This document shows, one piece after another, positions 13,001-25,000 of a stretch of DNA of 64,000 nucleotides. Made by a program: the position numbers and the translations under genes. The notes under the pieces are model-generated. The model was not told where the DNA came from. It did no database searches and saw only the letters and a program-made list of their open reading frames with translations. The stretch's first letter is position 1, and every line of letters starts with the position of its first letter. Origin of the DNA: Botryllus schlosseri (Eukaryota). The stretch spans positions 2,232,001 through 2,296,000 of the forward strand of contig CM119374.1 in NCBI GenBank assembly GCA_051294905.1, read 5' to 3'.

Positions 13001-16000
13001 ATTATACTTACAAAGTATATCGCAAAAGATCTTGAAAGAGAATTGTCCCGATCTCTTCTCTCAGTCGTGATGGAATTACAATATTGCCAGCGCCAGGTAT
13101 TGGGGGAAAGTTGGGATGTCGTAGACCACAGGCCATCGTTGTTATGAACGTGAAAGTCATGATTCAACTGAATCATTCGTCACAATAGATTCAGATGAAT
13201 CCAGTAATGATTCAACTGAATCATCCATTACATTACGTTCATATGAATCCACAGTTAGGGAGTCGCTAGTGATGCTGCTGTCGCAAACGCTTTGTACATT
13301 TTCTAGGAAAATGGGGTATAGACAGGCCACTTTAAATTGTACTTTTGGGTCTCAAAAGTACAATTTAGTATAAAATAAAATTTCTGTCGAGTATAAAATA
13401 AGGATTTTTTTGTTTACCGTTTTCCGGTGTTTGTCAGTTCACCGGAGTCTCTAAGAAACGCATTGGCGGGTTTATCGCTTCCGTTCGGGCCCTGCTAGCT
13501 CCCACGGGGCAAGTCAAGTCCGTTGCGTGCAGTTTTGGCATCTTCTTTGGTCGCGAAGAAAACGTTGGCGCGAAGAGAGCCAGGACGTCGAACGTCAAGT
13601 ACTGTTCTCTACCATTTCGTACAGTGAACTACAGGTCGCATTTGGAGAGCCAGCACAAGGCACGATGGAACGAGTACAGTACACTTTCAAAGGAAACTGA
13701 AGCTGACTTACTTCGACAACAAACAGGCCACTAGGAGTACTCTGAATGCTCATTGCTCATTTCGAAGGAGAAGGCAGTCTTAAGTTCAAGATTTGCAAAA
13801 AAAATAGTGGGGCAGATAATCGGGGAGCTGCTTTTCCACTCCAACGATCATGAAGGGACCACTCAAGAACGTGCTCTGAGTATTTTCAAACGATGTGATG
13901 AAGACGATTCTGTGTTTCTTGCTGAATTCAAGTCGGGGCGAATGTTCCAATTGGTGATGAAATTCATTCGTGACGGTGCGTCGTTTCAACAGGCTTGCAA
14001 ATTCGTTGCTTCAGTCAAGGAAGAGACGGGTCTGGCATTCTATACGGGCTGCAGTGAAGGGTATTGTGCAAAAGTCGTTCGAATTATATCGCGGCTGTGA
14101 ACTTGCAGGGTCTCAAAGATTTGTTGGAACAGTCCTGGGCATTTTCTGTTGCCGTCGATTGTTGTAACAAGCGGAGTACAAATTACTTGGATATTCGCAT
14201 TCGATTGTATTCAACCAAGGATGATGAATTGGTGATATTCACAACATTCACGTGATTGCTCTTCCTGTGTTTGGAGCGAAAACTGCCAAACAAATTTGTC
14301 AACTGTTGACCTCTGTTCTTGAGATTTTGTGTTCGGATTGTAGGACCAAGTTGTTAGGGTTTACTTGCGACGGTGAACCGACAATGTCAGGCCACGTTGT
14401 TGGTGTTGGAACCCTGCTTCAAAAGGAAGCTTCACAAGAGATTTTCCACTTCTGGTGCGGAATACACCAACTCGACTTGGTTGTGCAAAAGGCATACTCG
14501 AAGCTTGCCAATGAAACTTTCATTACTCAAATGAACAGCTTGATCGGATTTCTGCGCCGACAGCAGAAGCTCCAGACTGAGATGCAAACGACATGCCCAT
14601 GCTTTGTCGACACTCGGTTGGCTTCAATGAAGAGAGTGACTGGATGGTTTGTTGCGAACAAGATACGCGTGCTTCAGTATCTCGATGAAAAAAATCCTCT
14701 TGCACGCCCATCGCCAGAGTGGTGGATTTACGTTGTCGCTCTTGACGTTGTCGCCGGAGAGGTCCTGAAAGTGGTCAAGTCACTGCAAGGCAAGAAAACT
14801 CTGGTCACCGAGCAGCACGCCATAAGCTGATGAAGTTGCGTGACAACCTGAAGGACTTGTGTTCAGCAACTACAGAGCTTCGTGAGGAGGATGGCTTCCA
14901 GGGTGAATTAGAATACGTCAGAGTGGAATCAGTTTCTGTTTCCGTGACAAATGTTCAGGAGTTCATCCTCGACTTAGGACTTTTTGTGCAGGCCAAACTT
15001 GATGAAATCTCGGAGGCTACAAGGAAAACTGTTCAAAGGGGAGTCGGCATTCTGGTTTGCACCCTACTTCATGGCGTCTGTGATCTCCTGGCAAAGAACG
15101 CGGACATCAAAAACAACGAGATACCACCGACGCTCCCGAAGGAACTGGTTAAGTTGCGTCGTTCGGCTGTCTCTGACTTGGTTCGCGAACAGCCAGGACA
15201 GCTTCGAGCAGCTGGGTGGGCCGAAGAAAAACTCGAGGATGTCGAGACGGAGCACGCTCAACTGCGGGACTTTTACAGAGACCATGACAATTTCCGCATT
15301 ACGTTGGAGGAGGAGGGCCCTGACAGCAGCTTCAGGGACGCTTGGGGTGTCCTCGAGGGTATGAGCATCCACCTGCCCACCCTAAAGGACTTCTGCGGAA
15401 CGCTCTCGACCGCGTTTCCAACGACGGCACCAGTGGAGGCGGATTTTTCCGCCATCGGAATTGAAAATGATGATGACTACCGGGAGAGCCTGACCGATTT
15501 CTCGCTCGAAGGCTGCCTTCATGCAAAACAGTTTCAAGAGCTGCAGAAACTTGTGTGATTTTAGGTTAGATCATTAAACTTGAAACACCGGCAGGTGGAG
15601 TAACGCAAAACACGATGAGCTTGTTTTCACATAAAAGTCTCGGTATGGTACCCTCCTACGCCAGGAAAGCCATTTTTCATAAAAGTATAATTTAGTATAA
15701 TTTAAAATTCTGGTTGAGTATAAAATAAGCTATTTTTGCTAAATTGTACTTAAGTACAACTTATAGACCCCTGGGTATAGAGGTGAAAAAATTGATAATT
15801 GAAGCCAAGCCTAAACTTACCCGTAACAAGAACTCTAATCCGATCATTGCCTTTTACATCAGCATCAGACAGATCAAACCAATCAGTAAACTCCTTATAA
15901 TAACACTGAATATTCAAGAATTCCGGCGCCAAATCAAATTTCAGTGCAACAGATGATGGTATATCTTCTTTTGTGCACGCAGTAATGATCTTGTTGTTGG

Positions 16001-19000
16001 AATTGAATGTAGTTAAAAGTCTCATAATTATTTAGGACTGAAATCACAAGTTACAATTAGATATCAGAAGAGTTTCTTTCATTCAAACAAGATCTATCCT
16101 TGCAACAGTCATAATGAAAATCCAAATTATAAATATGCAGCTACTGATGGCACAGAACCAGTCTGAATACCGTTCCCAATAGCTCTATCTCTATGGTATG
16201 CATGCATATGAAAATGTACTCTTCCTAGCTAATTTCTTGCATTATAATCACCCGTTGGCTTACTTGAATTACCTTCCCACCAAACAAGGTATCAGCAAAA
16301 AAATAGTAGATCGGGTCATCAGATGCATCATGCTCATCTCTCAAGCAGGCACTGCTAACTGCTTATGGCAAGTTCATTGTATTTTCAGTCACGAGCGACA
16401 CCGGTACTTCATACGAAATCGATTAAGCAGATGACATAACTTATGAACTAAAATCAACGATAATCAGAATTGTGATTAACTCAAAATCAACGAATATAGA
16501 TATCTTTTTCTGTCGACTGACTGACTGACGACGCAGAGCGCGCATCCCCGTATATTGGAAATAGCACATTGCTAGAGTCCCGGATGCTGACTTACCGCCG
16601 GTCACGGTTCATTGGTGAGAATATTGGCAATAATAATTGTGATGCGCTTCATGCGAACCATCGTACAAAGAGACGCTTGGCGGCGGCTCGGAGTCGTGGG
16701 GTAGTGGAAGCGTGTAGTGGACGTGAGGGGTCTGTGTGTTGCTGTTTCAGTTGACGTGTTTTATTACTTCTTTGAATATATACATCTTCGAGTACAAGCT
16801 ATCGCGGCCAAGATGACAAGTGTCAAGTTAACGGATATCGTCAAGAATTATGTGGACTATGGAACGTCAGGCGACTTTGCAGAATGGGCGGAGAAATTGG
16901 AATTGGTTGCCAAACTGCAAGATTCGACTGCGTCTCTCGTGAACACCCTACCTTTATTGCTGGACGGGCCGGCATTTGCGGTGTATAAACAATTGCCTGA
17001 GGCGACGAGGAAGGATTATAAATTGATTAAAAAGGGGTTATTGGCAGCTTTCGGAGTGGATTGCTATGTGGCATATGAACAATTCCGTAACCGTGTGCTT
17101 CAAGTCGGGGAATCGGTTGATGTATTCCTGTCTGATCTGAAGAGGTTGGCAATGTTGATAGGTCTGGAAGGGGATAAAGCTAATCCAATAATTAAGTGTG
17201 CATTCATTGCTGGTTTGCCTGCGGATGCCAAGACACAGCTTAAGTCTATGGCTGAGGTAGAGCAATTAGAGTTGGACCGTATTGCATCTCGGGCAAGTGT
17301 ACTATTGCCCACAAAAGATGGTGAAAGTGTTTTTGTGCTGCTGGGGCTCAGCGTAGAGTATACGGCCCCTGCTACATATGTAAGGAAAAGGGTCACATCG
17401 CTAGAGACTGCCAAAGTAGAAATTCTACTGGTGCACAAAAATACTATGACAATGCTCCAAGGAAGTGCTTTGCTTGTGGACAATGGGGGCACATCGCCAG
17501 ACAATGTAAAGGGAATCCGGCTGCGGGAAAAGGCCAGGGAGGGACGTTGGCACCGGACGCCCCCTCCGCATCGCATTAGGAGGACGAAAGGTGCTACCAT
17601 TTGTGCCAGTGGAGATTTGTGGCATGGTGACAAATGGGCTGGTGGACACTGGTTGTGAGCGGTCAGTTATTCATGAGGACTTATGTAAAAAACTGGGTCT
17701 GACACCAAAAGGACCTTATATAGTTGTGGAAATGTTAAATGGGACACTCACTACTTGCCCAGGGTGGGTGCGGGCAATGGTGACGATTGATGGTATTGCT
17801 GTAGAAATCGAGTTTTTAGTGGCGTCGGATCTGGTGTACAATGCAAAGATAGTGCTGGGGATGATATTGTGAAAGTACTTGGTGGTGTTGAGGTTGATGC
17901 TGACCTAAACGCGAAGTTTGGACTTCGTGCGATTAAAGCATGTGTTGCAACGAAGGTTGCCTCGAGTATTCAGCCAGTGGAAGTAGTTGACTGCGATCTC
18001 AAAGCTGTTTTCGATGGGGAGAAGTGGACTGTGGAATGGGTGTGGGAGAACGAAGAAGAACCGGAGATAAGAAACCGCTGTGCAATGTACCCAGTTCCAT
18101 CAGAGTGTCGTGAGGCCTTTACTGGCGAAGTTGATCAGTGGGTCAAAGATGGGTGGCTGCAAGAGTATTGCCCTGCAAAGCATGGACATCAAGACGGAAT
18201 AATCCCGCTCATGGCTGTGAAGCAACCGAATAAGCAACGTAAAGTGCGGCCGGTGATGGACTACCGAGAACTCAACACTTATGTCACGAGTCACCCCGGT
18301 CTGGACACTGCGGTATGTCAAGAAAAGCTAAGGTCTTGGCGAACGACCGGTGAAAATGCATATGTCCTTGATCTGAGAAAAGCGTATTTGCAGATTCATG
18401 TGTCAGAGCGACTGCAGCGGTTTCAGGTTGTTGAGTACAAAGGAAAAAGATACGTCATGACGCGAATGGGATTTGGGCTGAACGTAGCTCCAACAATTAT
18501 GTCAAAGATTATCGGCACGGTTCTAGGTCTGGATGAGGAAGTGGCTCAAGGAACAGATCACTATATCGATGACATATGGGTCGATGCGAGTGTTGTCGAT
18601 GTTGGAAAGGTGAAGAATCACCTGGCCAAGTACGGTTTGCAGACAAAAGAGCCAGTGTCGATATGTGATGCTCGCGTACTGGGCCTTAGAGTCATGGCAG
18701 AAGAAGGCGGAGTGCGGAAATGGAAGAGAGATGGAGAACTTCCTGTGGTGGCAGAATCCCTGACAAAGAGAGCACTGTTTTCGCTGTTTGGGAAATTAAT
18801 AGGACATTATCCTGTGGCGGGATGGTTAAGAGTGGCATGTAGTTATGTCAAAAGACTTGCCAACGAAGTTGAATGGGATGCAGTTGTTCCAGAGCAAGTG
18901 AAGACTCTGGCCGAAGATGTGATGGCCAAGGTGTGGAAAGAAGATCCAGTCGGTGGGATTTGGTGTGTGTCTCCTAGTGGTCAGGCGCAAGTGTGGTGTG

Positions 19001-22000
19001 ATGCAAGCAATTTGGCTGTGGGGTGTTGCTTGAGAGTAGATGGTGCCGTTGTAGAAGACGCGGCGTGGATGCGTAAGCAGAGTGACAGTGGGCATATCAA
19101 TGTTGCGGAGTTGGATGCAGTAGTGAAAGGATTAAACATGGTGCTGAAGTGGAATATAAAGAGCGTTGAAGTGATTACGGACTCAACCAGTGTGTACAAT
19201 TGGGTAAGGTCTATACTGGAAGACAGTCACAGACCAAAAGTGGGTGGGATAAGCGAGATGGTCACGAAGAGACGGTTGGGAATAATCTCGCAGCTTATTG
19301 AGGAGTATGCTCTCAAGTTGACGATTCGTTTGGTTCCATCAGGTGAGAATATTGCTGATTCCTTGACAAGGGTCCTGCAGACCTGGCTGAAACGTGTGGG
19401 CGTGGCGTTTGGGGCAACAAACGCATTAAGGAATCAAGTGCGCGAGATTCATGAGAAGCATTACCTAGGAATCGCGAGAACACTTTTCCTCGCACAAAGA
19501 TGTATCGCGGATGATGTGAGTCAGGAATTGGTGAAAAACGTGGTCGGAAATTGTAGAATATGCCAACAAATCGACCCTAGCCCTGTTAGATGGGAACATG
19601 GCCAGCTGTCAGTGGAGAACGTGTGGGAGCGTTTGGCATTGGATATAACTTACGTCGGTAACCAGCCATACCTGAGTATGATCGACTGCGGGCCGAGTCG
19701 ATTCACAATCTGGAGAAAAGTGGCGAATGAATCAGCCGACCAGATTATCCGGAACCTTCAGCAGGTCTTCTTGGAGAGGGGACCGCCAATTCAGATCCTG
19801 ACAGATCAGGGCGCTGGTTTCACATGCCAGAAGACAGTTCAGTTTCTCAAAGACTGGGGAGTTACGCATATGACGAGCTGTGGCTATAAACACTCTGGAA
19901 ATGGGATCATTGAACGAAACCATAGAACGATTAAGAGAATGGCTGCTCGGTCTGTAAGAAGTGTGGAGGAAATGACGTTCTGGTACAATCACACTCCGAA
20001 CGCAGAAGAAATTGTTCCGGTGGAAGCTGTCCTCCGTTATCCGGTAAGGTTGCCAGGATCTCCCGTGAACGAAATGAATAGATCAACCGATGCAAACCCA
20101 TATGTGGTGGGAGAGGAGGTTTTTGTGAAACCTGGAAACGCGAGGTGTTTCACCCGTGGAGGGAGGGAACGGTGACAGGGATAGTTGCGGATGCTGTGGT
20201 GGAAGTGGACGGCAGAAACAGGCATGTTGCTGATGTTAGGCACATGGTGGGGGAGCGACGGAAAATTGCTGGCAGTAGTAAGGTTCCTTCAAGAATGTTA
20301 GAACTGGTGTTTGACGGGGATGAGGTGGGGGAGGTCAGGGAGTATGACAATCCTGAACCGCCTGATGCTGTCAGTCAAAGAGACCTGGTCTTCAACCAGG
20401 AGGAAGTGGGGCAGGAGAGAGAGCACAACAACCCTGAACCACCTGTTGAGGGTGTTCAAAGAGTATCGGAAGACCGTCAAGACACTGAACGCGCCTCTCG
20501 TGATAGGGTCCCGCCCAGATGGTGGGCCGATTACTTTGTTGACGTATGAGTGGACATTTTACCCTTGCTGGGTTTTTGTTCTTGCCTCGTTTTCTTTTTT
20601 GCTGTCGTTGGGGTTATTACTGTAACTGCAATTTTGTGATCTTTAGATCAGGGGGGGATGTGATGTGCTTCATGCGAACCATCGTACAAAGAGACGCTTG
20701 GCGGAGTCGTGGGGTAGTGGAAGCGTGTAGTGGACGTGAGGGGTCGGTGTGTTGCTGTTTCAGTTGACGTGTTTTATTACTTCTTTGAATATATACATCT
20801 TCGAGTACAATAATATACGTTAAAGGTTTTGGATATGCTACGGTCGTGCAGGATCTTGAAATAATTATCACAATCTATTAATTGTATTCAGACATTTTCA
20901 AATTTACTAATCCCCCTACTGGCTTGACCACTTGAAAAAAAAATGTTCAATATTTTATCAATATTCCAAAATGCATGCGACTATGACTTTATATTGAGTG
21001 AAAAAACAACAGTCGACTCCAAATTCATGTCTCATGACGTTATTAACTATAAGCCAGTATCGACTGTTATGTTTTAATTGGGCAATACGACAGTTTGCGA
21101 ACAGTCATTTCTGATTTCCACCATGTTAATAATTGTTTTCCACCAAATATGGTAGACTATTCATTCCTCCCTCTTTCCACCCTCTAAATTCCCCCACATG
21201 TGGTGGAGATACGGTGGATAAAGGGAGGGAAAGTATCTTCCTCCATTTTCCTACCATTTTTCCACCTTTTAGATTTACAGTGTACCGATAGCAACGCAAG
21301 CGCCACGAATGTCATTATAGTTTTCGCGTATGATAGTACGAACATTTGCCATGAAACTGCAAAAGAGATGTTAGGATTGCGGAGTGTCTGGTGCTAAAGT
21401 TTCTGTATAATAATAATACATACTATTTCAGTGGCGGCTCGTCCTATAGGGCAACTGGGGCATTGCCCCACCTAAAATTCTGTTCAATAACAATTCTTTA
21501 CCATTTATAGACGCACACCTATCTATATAAACCGAAATCACAGCGAAAATCGTATACTTCTTGTCTTTTCGCTTGTAAATGCCCATATATAGCGAAGTCT
21601 ATGCGAAAATCGAATTCTCTTCTGTGTTTTCGCTTTGCGAATGCCTAGCCGGGGCTTGCCCCGGTAGCGCTCATAACAAGCTTTCACTGTCTATTCTCTC
21701 AAAACCGCGCACAATAAAGAAACGGTGATTTACTCTCTCCTATTCATAAAATTACCGAGCAACCGGGGCACCATAGCTCTGTGCCCTTAAGGTGTGATGT
21801 AACAATCGTATCTATAGCTGAACTCTGTTACCGTCATATGCGTTTAGTCGACCTTTGTTGGTATAGGTCGATTTTAATGGGGTTTCACACCATGAAAACT
21901 CTTGAAACTTGTTATGTCATGTCGTGATGGTGGTATTTAACACTGCCCCAAGTTTCAGGGTTTCTACTTAAAGTTTAGGGTAGTAATTCCGTTTCCGAAG

Positions 22001-25000
22001 TTGAGTGTGTGCTGATCCGTCATGTATCGCAAACAGATTTTACTCAAAAGCCGGTATTGGTATCCATTGGTTTTGACGGTGTTCAATACTGAGATCGGTT
22101 ATGACATTTGGCACGGTAAGTCTTAATGTTAGTATCGAACGCTGTACCAAGTTTCAAGTTTGTCACTGAACTGTGTTAGTGGTAATTTCGTTTCCTAATT
22201 CGAGTGAGAGCTGACTCGTCATTTATCGCTAACAGATTATACGCAAAGCCGGTATTGGTCTCTATTGATTTTAACGATGCTCCTTACCTAGATCCGTCAT
22301 AAGCTTTTGCACGGTATGTCTTGATTTTAGTATCGAACGCTGTGCCAAGTCTCAAGGTTGACACTCAATGATTAGGGCAGTAATTTCGTTATCAAGGTCG
22401 AGTATCGTAAAGATGTGCTCCGATCTGACACTTTAGCCTACAACACATTGCGGATTTAACGCAAAAGCCGGTGTATCTGCGGTAACGTTAAGTGAGATGA
22501 TGATATCATTCTCAGTTTGCATTCAAATATTTACTTTGATCGTATATTCTCCAATGTCAATTTCACCGTGAAATTGTGGCCTTCAAGCCATTTGCGTACA
22601 ACCCCTCGTCACTTGATCAGCCTATTCCTCAGTAAATTTTACGCAAAATTCGGTGTTGGTCTGTTCGCATTAATTTTGACAGTGTACCATACCGAAAACG
22701 GCCATGAGGCCACTTCTCGATAATGTAATGTAACAGTGTACCAAGTTTAAGGCTTTCATCCACGTATTTATTCGGTAATATATTTTTCAAAGGCGATTTC
22801 GCAGCAGACCTATAAGACAGTAATAAAAACGTATGTGTCGTGTTACAGTCTCCAGTTTCAAGGCCAAAATCTCTTATGCTGTACCGAGACCAAATTTCCG
22901 AGGCTGCTATTCTTAGTCCTTTACAATGATGTTTTGGATTCAATAGGACAGGCCCAATCTATGAGATAACAATTGCGTATCTGTCCGAATTCGTTGACCT
23001 TTCCAATTAGGCTTACGCTATCTCTCGAGTTATAGTCATTTCCATTTCTGCAGATAATTAGTCAGGTCTAATGCGAACATGAACCGTGTTGAATCTTTGT
23101 TCCGTACGCCGTTTACGCAGTTACCACACTTCAAGTCACAGCTCACCAGCGGACCTCTCGTGTCACATACGTTAAAATCACTGTTGCCGGGAAATTCATG
23201 TTACCGTACCATCATTAAGTTACTTGTTTACGTTGGAAAACGCCATTGTGACGTCATCTTGATAAAAAGTCGCTTGCAGCCCTTGCCCCACCACCCGATA
23301 TTGTCACGAGCCGCCACTGTACTATTTTATCACGGTAATGTATATTTCTGCGACTTTAGTTGAATTTGAAACGATCTCTTATTCCTATAAATAGGTATAC
23401 TTTTTAAGAGCGTAAAATTTGATGAAGAGAGCTTTACAGCACACTGTTGGCGTAGTCACTATGGTGTATTGTGTTGTATTTGGTTGTGCAGCTACGCAAA
23501 AAAGAAATCCGGATCGATCGTTTCACCAATTTCCAAAAGATAAAAAGCTTGAAAAGATGTGGATTGATAGGATAAATAGATAAAAATTGGTCACCCTGCC
23601 CTACTTCTCGAGTGTGCTCGTATCACTTCATAGTAGAAGATTACAGCCGTAACAGATTGTCAGATGTACCAGATGAGTTTCAAAAAAAGAGATTGAAAAA
23701 GGATGCTGTGCCAAGCTGCAATCTTCGAGATGAGGAAAGCGATACACGAATATACCAGCGTAAAACTTGTACATCTCAGCGTGCTAGTGGAACAGTGACT
23801 GCTGATGAAAAGCCAAGTTGCAGCACAGTTAGGGTGTCCAGTAACTCTAGTGATAGTTCTGTAAATGACAGTACTATCACTATCTCATCAGAAGGACAAT
23901 ACATACCAAAGCAAGAGGAATTGGAAAAGATTCCACAGCAAGATCATTTGGAAAAGCTTAAAGGAGAAATAGCTGTTGCCCATAGTGTGATTGCTGCCCT
24001 TGTGGATAAAACCAGAAGTCAGGCGCAGCAACTTGATTAGCTCAAGTGCGACACCGAGGCAAAACTCCTCTCTATGGCTGCACAGTCATCACGAATACTG
24101 TCAGCAGCAAATATGACCGATGCTGAAGTTCATAATTTGACTGGTCTAAGTAAAGATATTTTTGAACTTATTGTATAGCAGATTGACCGATTCCAGCCTT
24201 TGACTTACTGGGCCGGCAAAATTGTGCAATATGCAGGCCTGTTTATTTTTGGATATTGGGTTTTATTTTTGGAGATTCTCCAAAAAGAAGATTTGAAAAC
24301 ATCCAAAAATAAGATTTTTTGGATGATGTTTTTTCAAGTATTTTAGTGAAATAAACGAATCAGAGCAGCGTAAATACTGTTGAAACAACCGGGGAACTCA
24401 CAAAAACACACAAGAAACAGCATGTGTGTGTGAGAGGGGGTCTCCGAAGCGCTAAAAGTACTTCCACTTACTGGATGGATCAGAGGCGTCGCGACAAGGG
24501 TTGAACAGGCGGCAGGGTATGAAATTGTGCGAGTGGGGTGCGAGCTGCACTGCTGGACCTTGTGGCGCAGGTCGAATACCGCCAGCTCTACAAGAATCAC
24601 TTCGTCCACACGACAATGGGACTGAATGGCTACCTCAGACGGCAACAGAACTTGATCCAGGAGATGAAAAGTACCTGCCCCAAGTACGGTTTTCTGGTCA
24701 GAGGGTGCCGGGCAATCACGTTCACTGAGGCACGCAACTTCGTGGAGGATTAGGTGTGTACAGTCCTCGACCTCGAAGGCGTTCGACCAGGCGACCAGTC
24801 CTCGACGAAGAGGAGACACAGCCCACGTTCGATACAGCCGGGAGCCTTATTGCAGGGCTCATCGACGGCAAAAAGAAAATTGAAGTTCCCGACAAGGGTC
24901 CTGCCCTGTCTACCATACCAAGTGGTGCAACCTCGTGGGTCGTAGGAGAGAGGATACAACAAACACTTCTTGCTCTTTTTGATTCTAATAATATTAACAA

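Larger units (their letters stand above)
8224..16025 (-). pseudogene. Decayed multi-exon EnSpm accessory gene ('SAMD3-like' TE protein family)
   Basis: Exon pieces at ~16025-15790, 13283-13013 (WPVVYDIPTFP), 10979-10767 (MKRTHQHRRNQI...YPAL), 9642-9516 and ~8390-8224 (FDEALGLLIAAHWIFNIKF); in-frame stops; family assignment from memory. Confidence 0.7.
16638..20809 (+). mobile_element. Full-length Ty3/Gypsy LTR retrotransposon (4172 bp)
   Basis: LTRs 16638-16796 and 20659-20809 (TG...CA; 2 substitutions + one 8-bp indel), 5-bp TSD ATAAT, PPT agggggggga at 20650-20658, gag-PR-RT-RH-IN order. Confidence 0.97.
7662..21282 (-). mobile_element. CACTA/EnSpm (CMC) element, non-autonomous, with nested insertions
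   Basis: Perfect 22-bp TIR CACTGTAAATCTAAAAGGTGGA, TA on both flanks, CCACC/GGTGG-rich subterminal repeats, internal spliced accessory gene. Confidence 0.88.

Noticed and set aside
12617-13147. 176-aa plus-strand ORF
   Set aside because: No recognisable motif; it is the antisense shadow of decayed EnSpm accessory-gene exons
13323-15773. Contamination as the explanation for the non-animal-like hAT
   Set aside because: It is bounded by a perfect TSD inside an intron of an animal EnSpm gene, and a second relative is likewise integrated; long-read confirmation is still advisable
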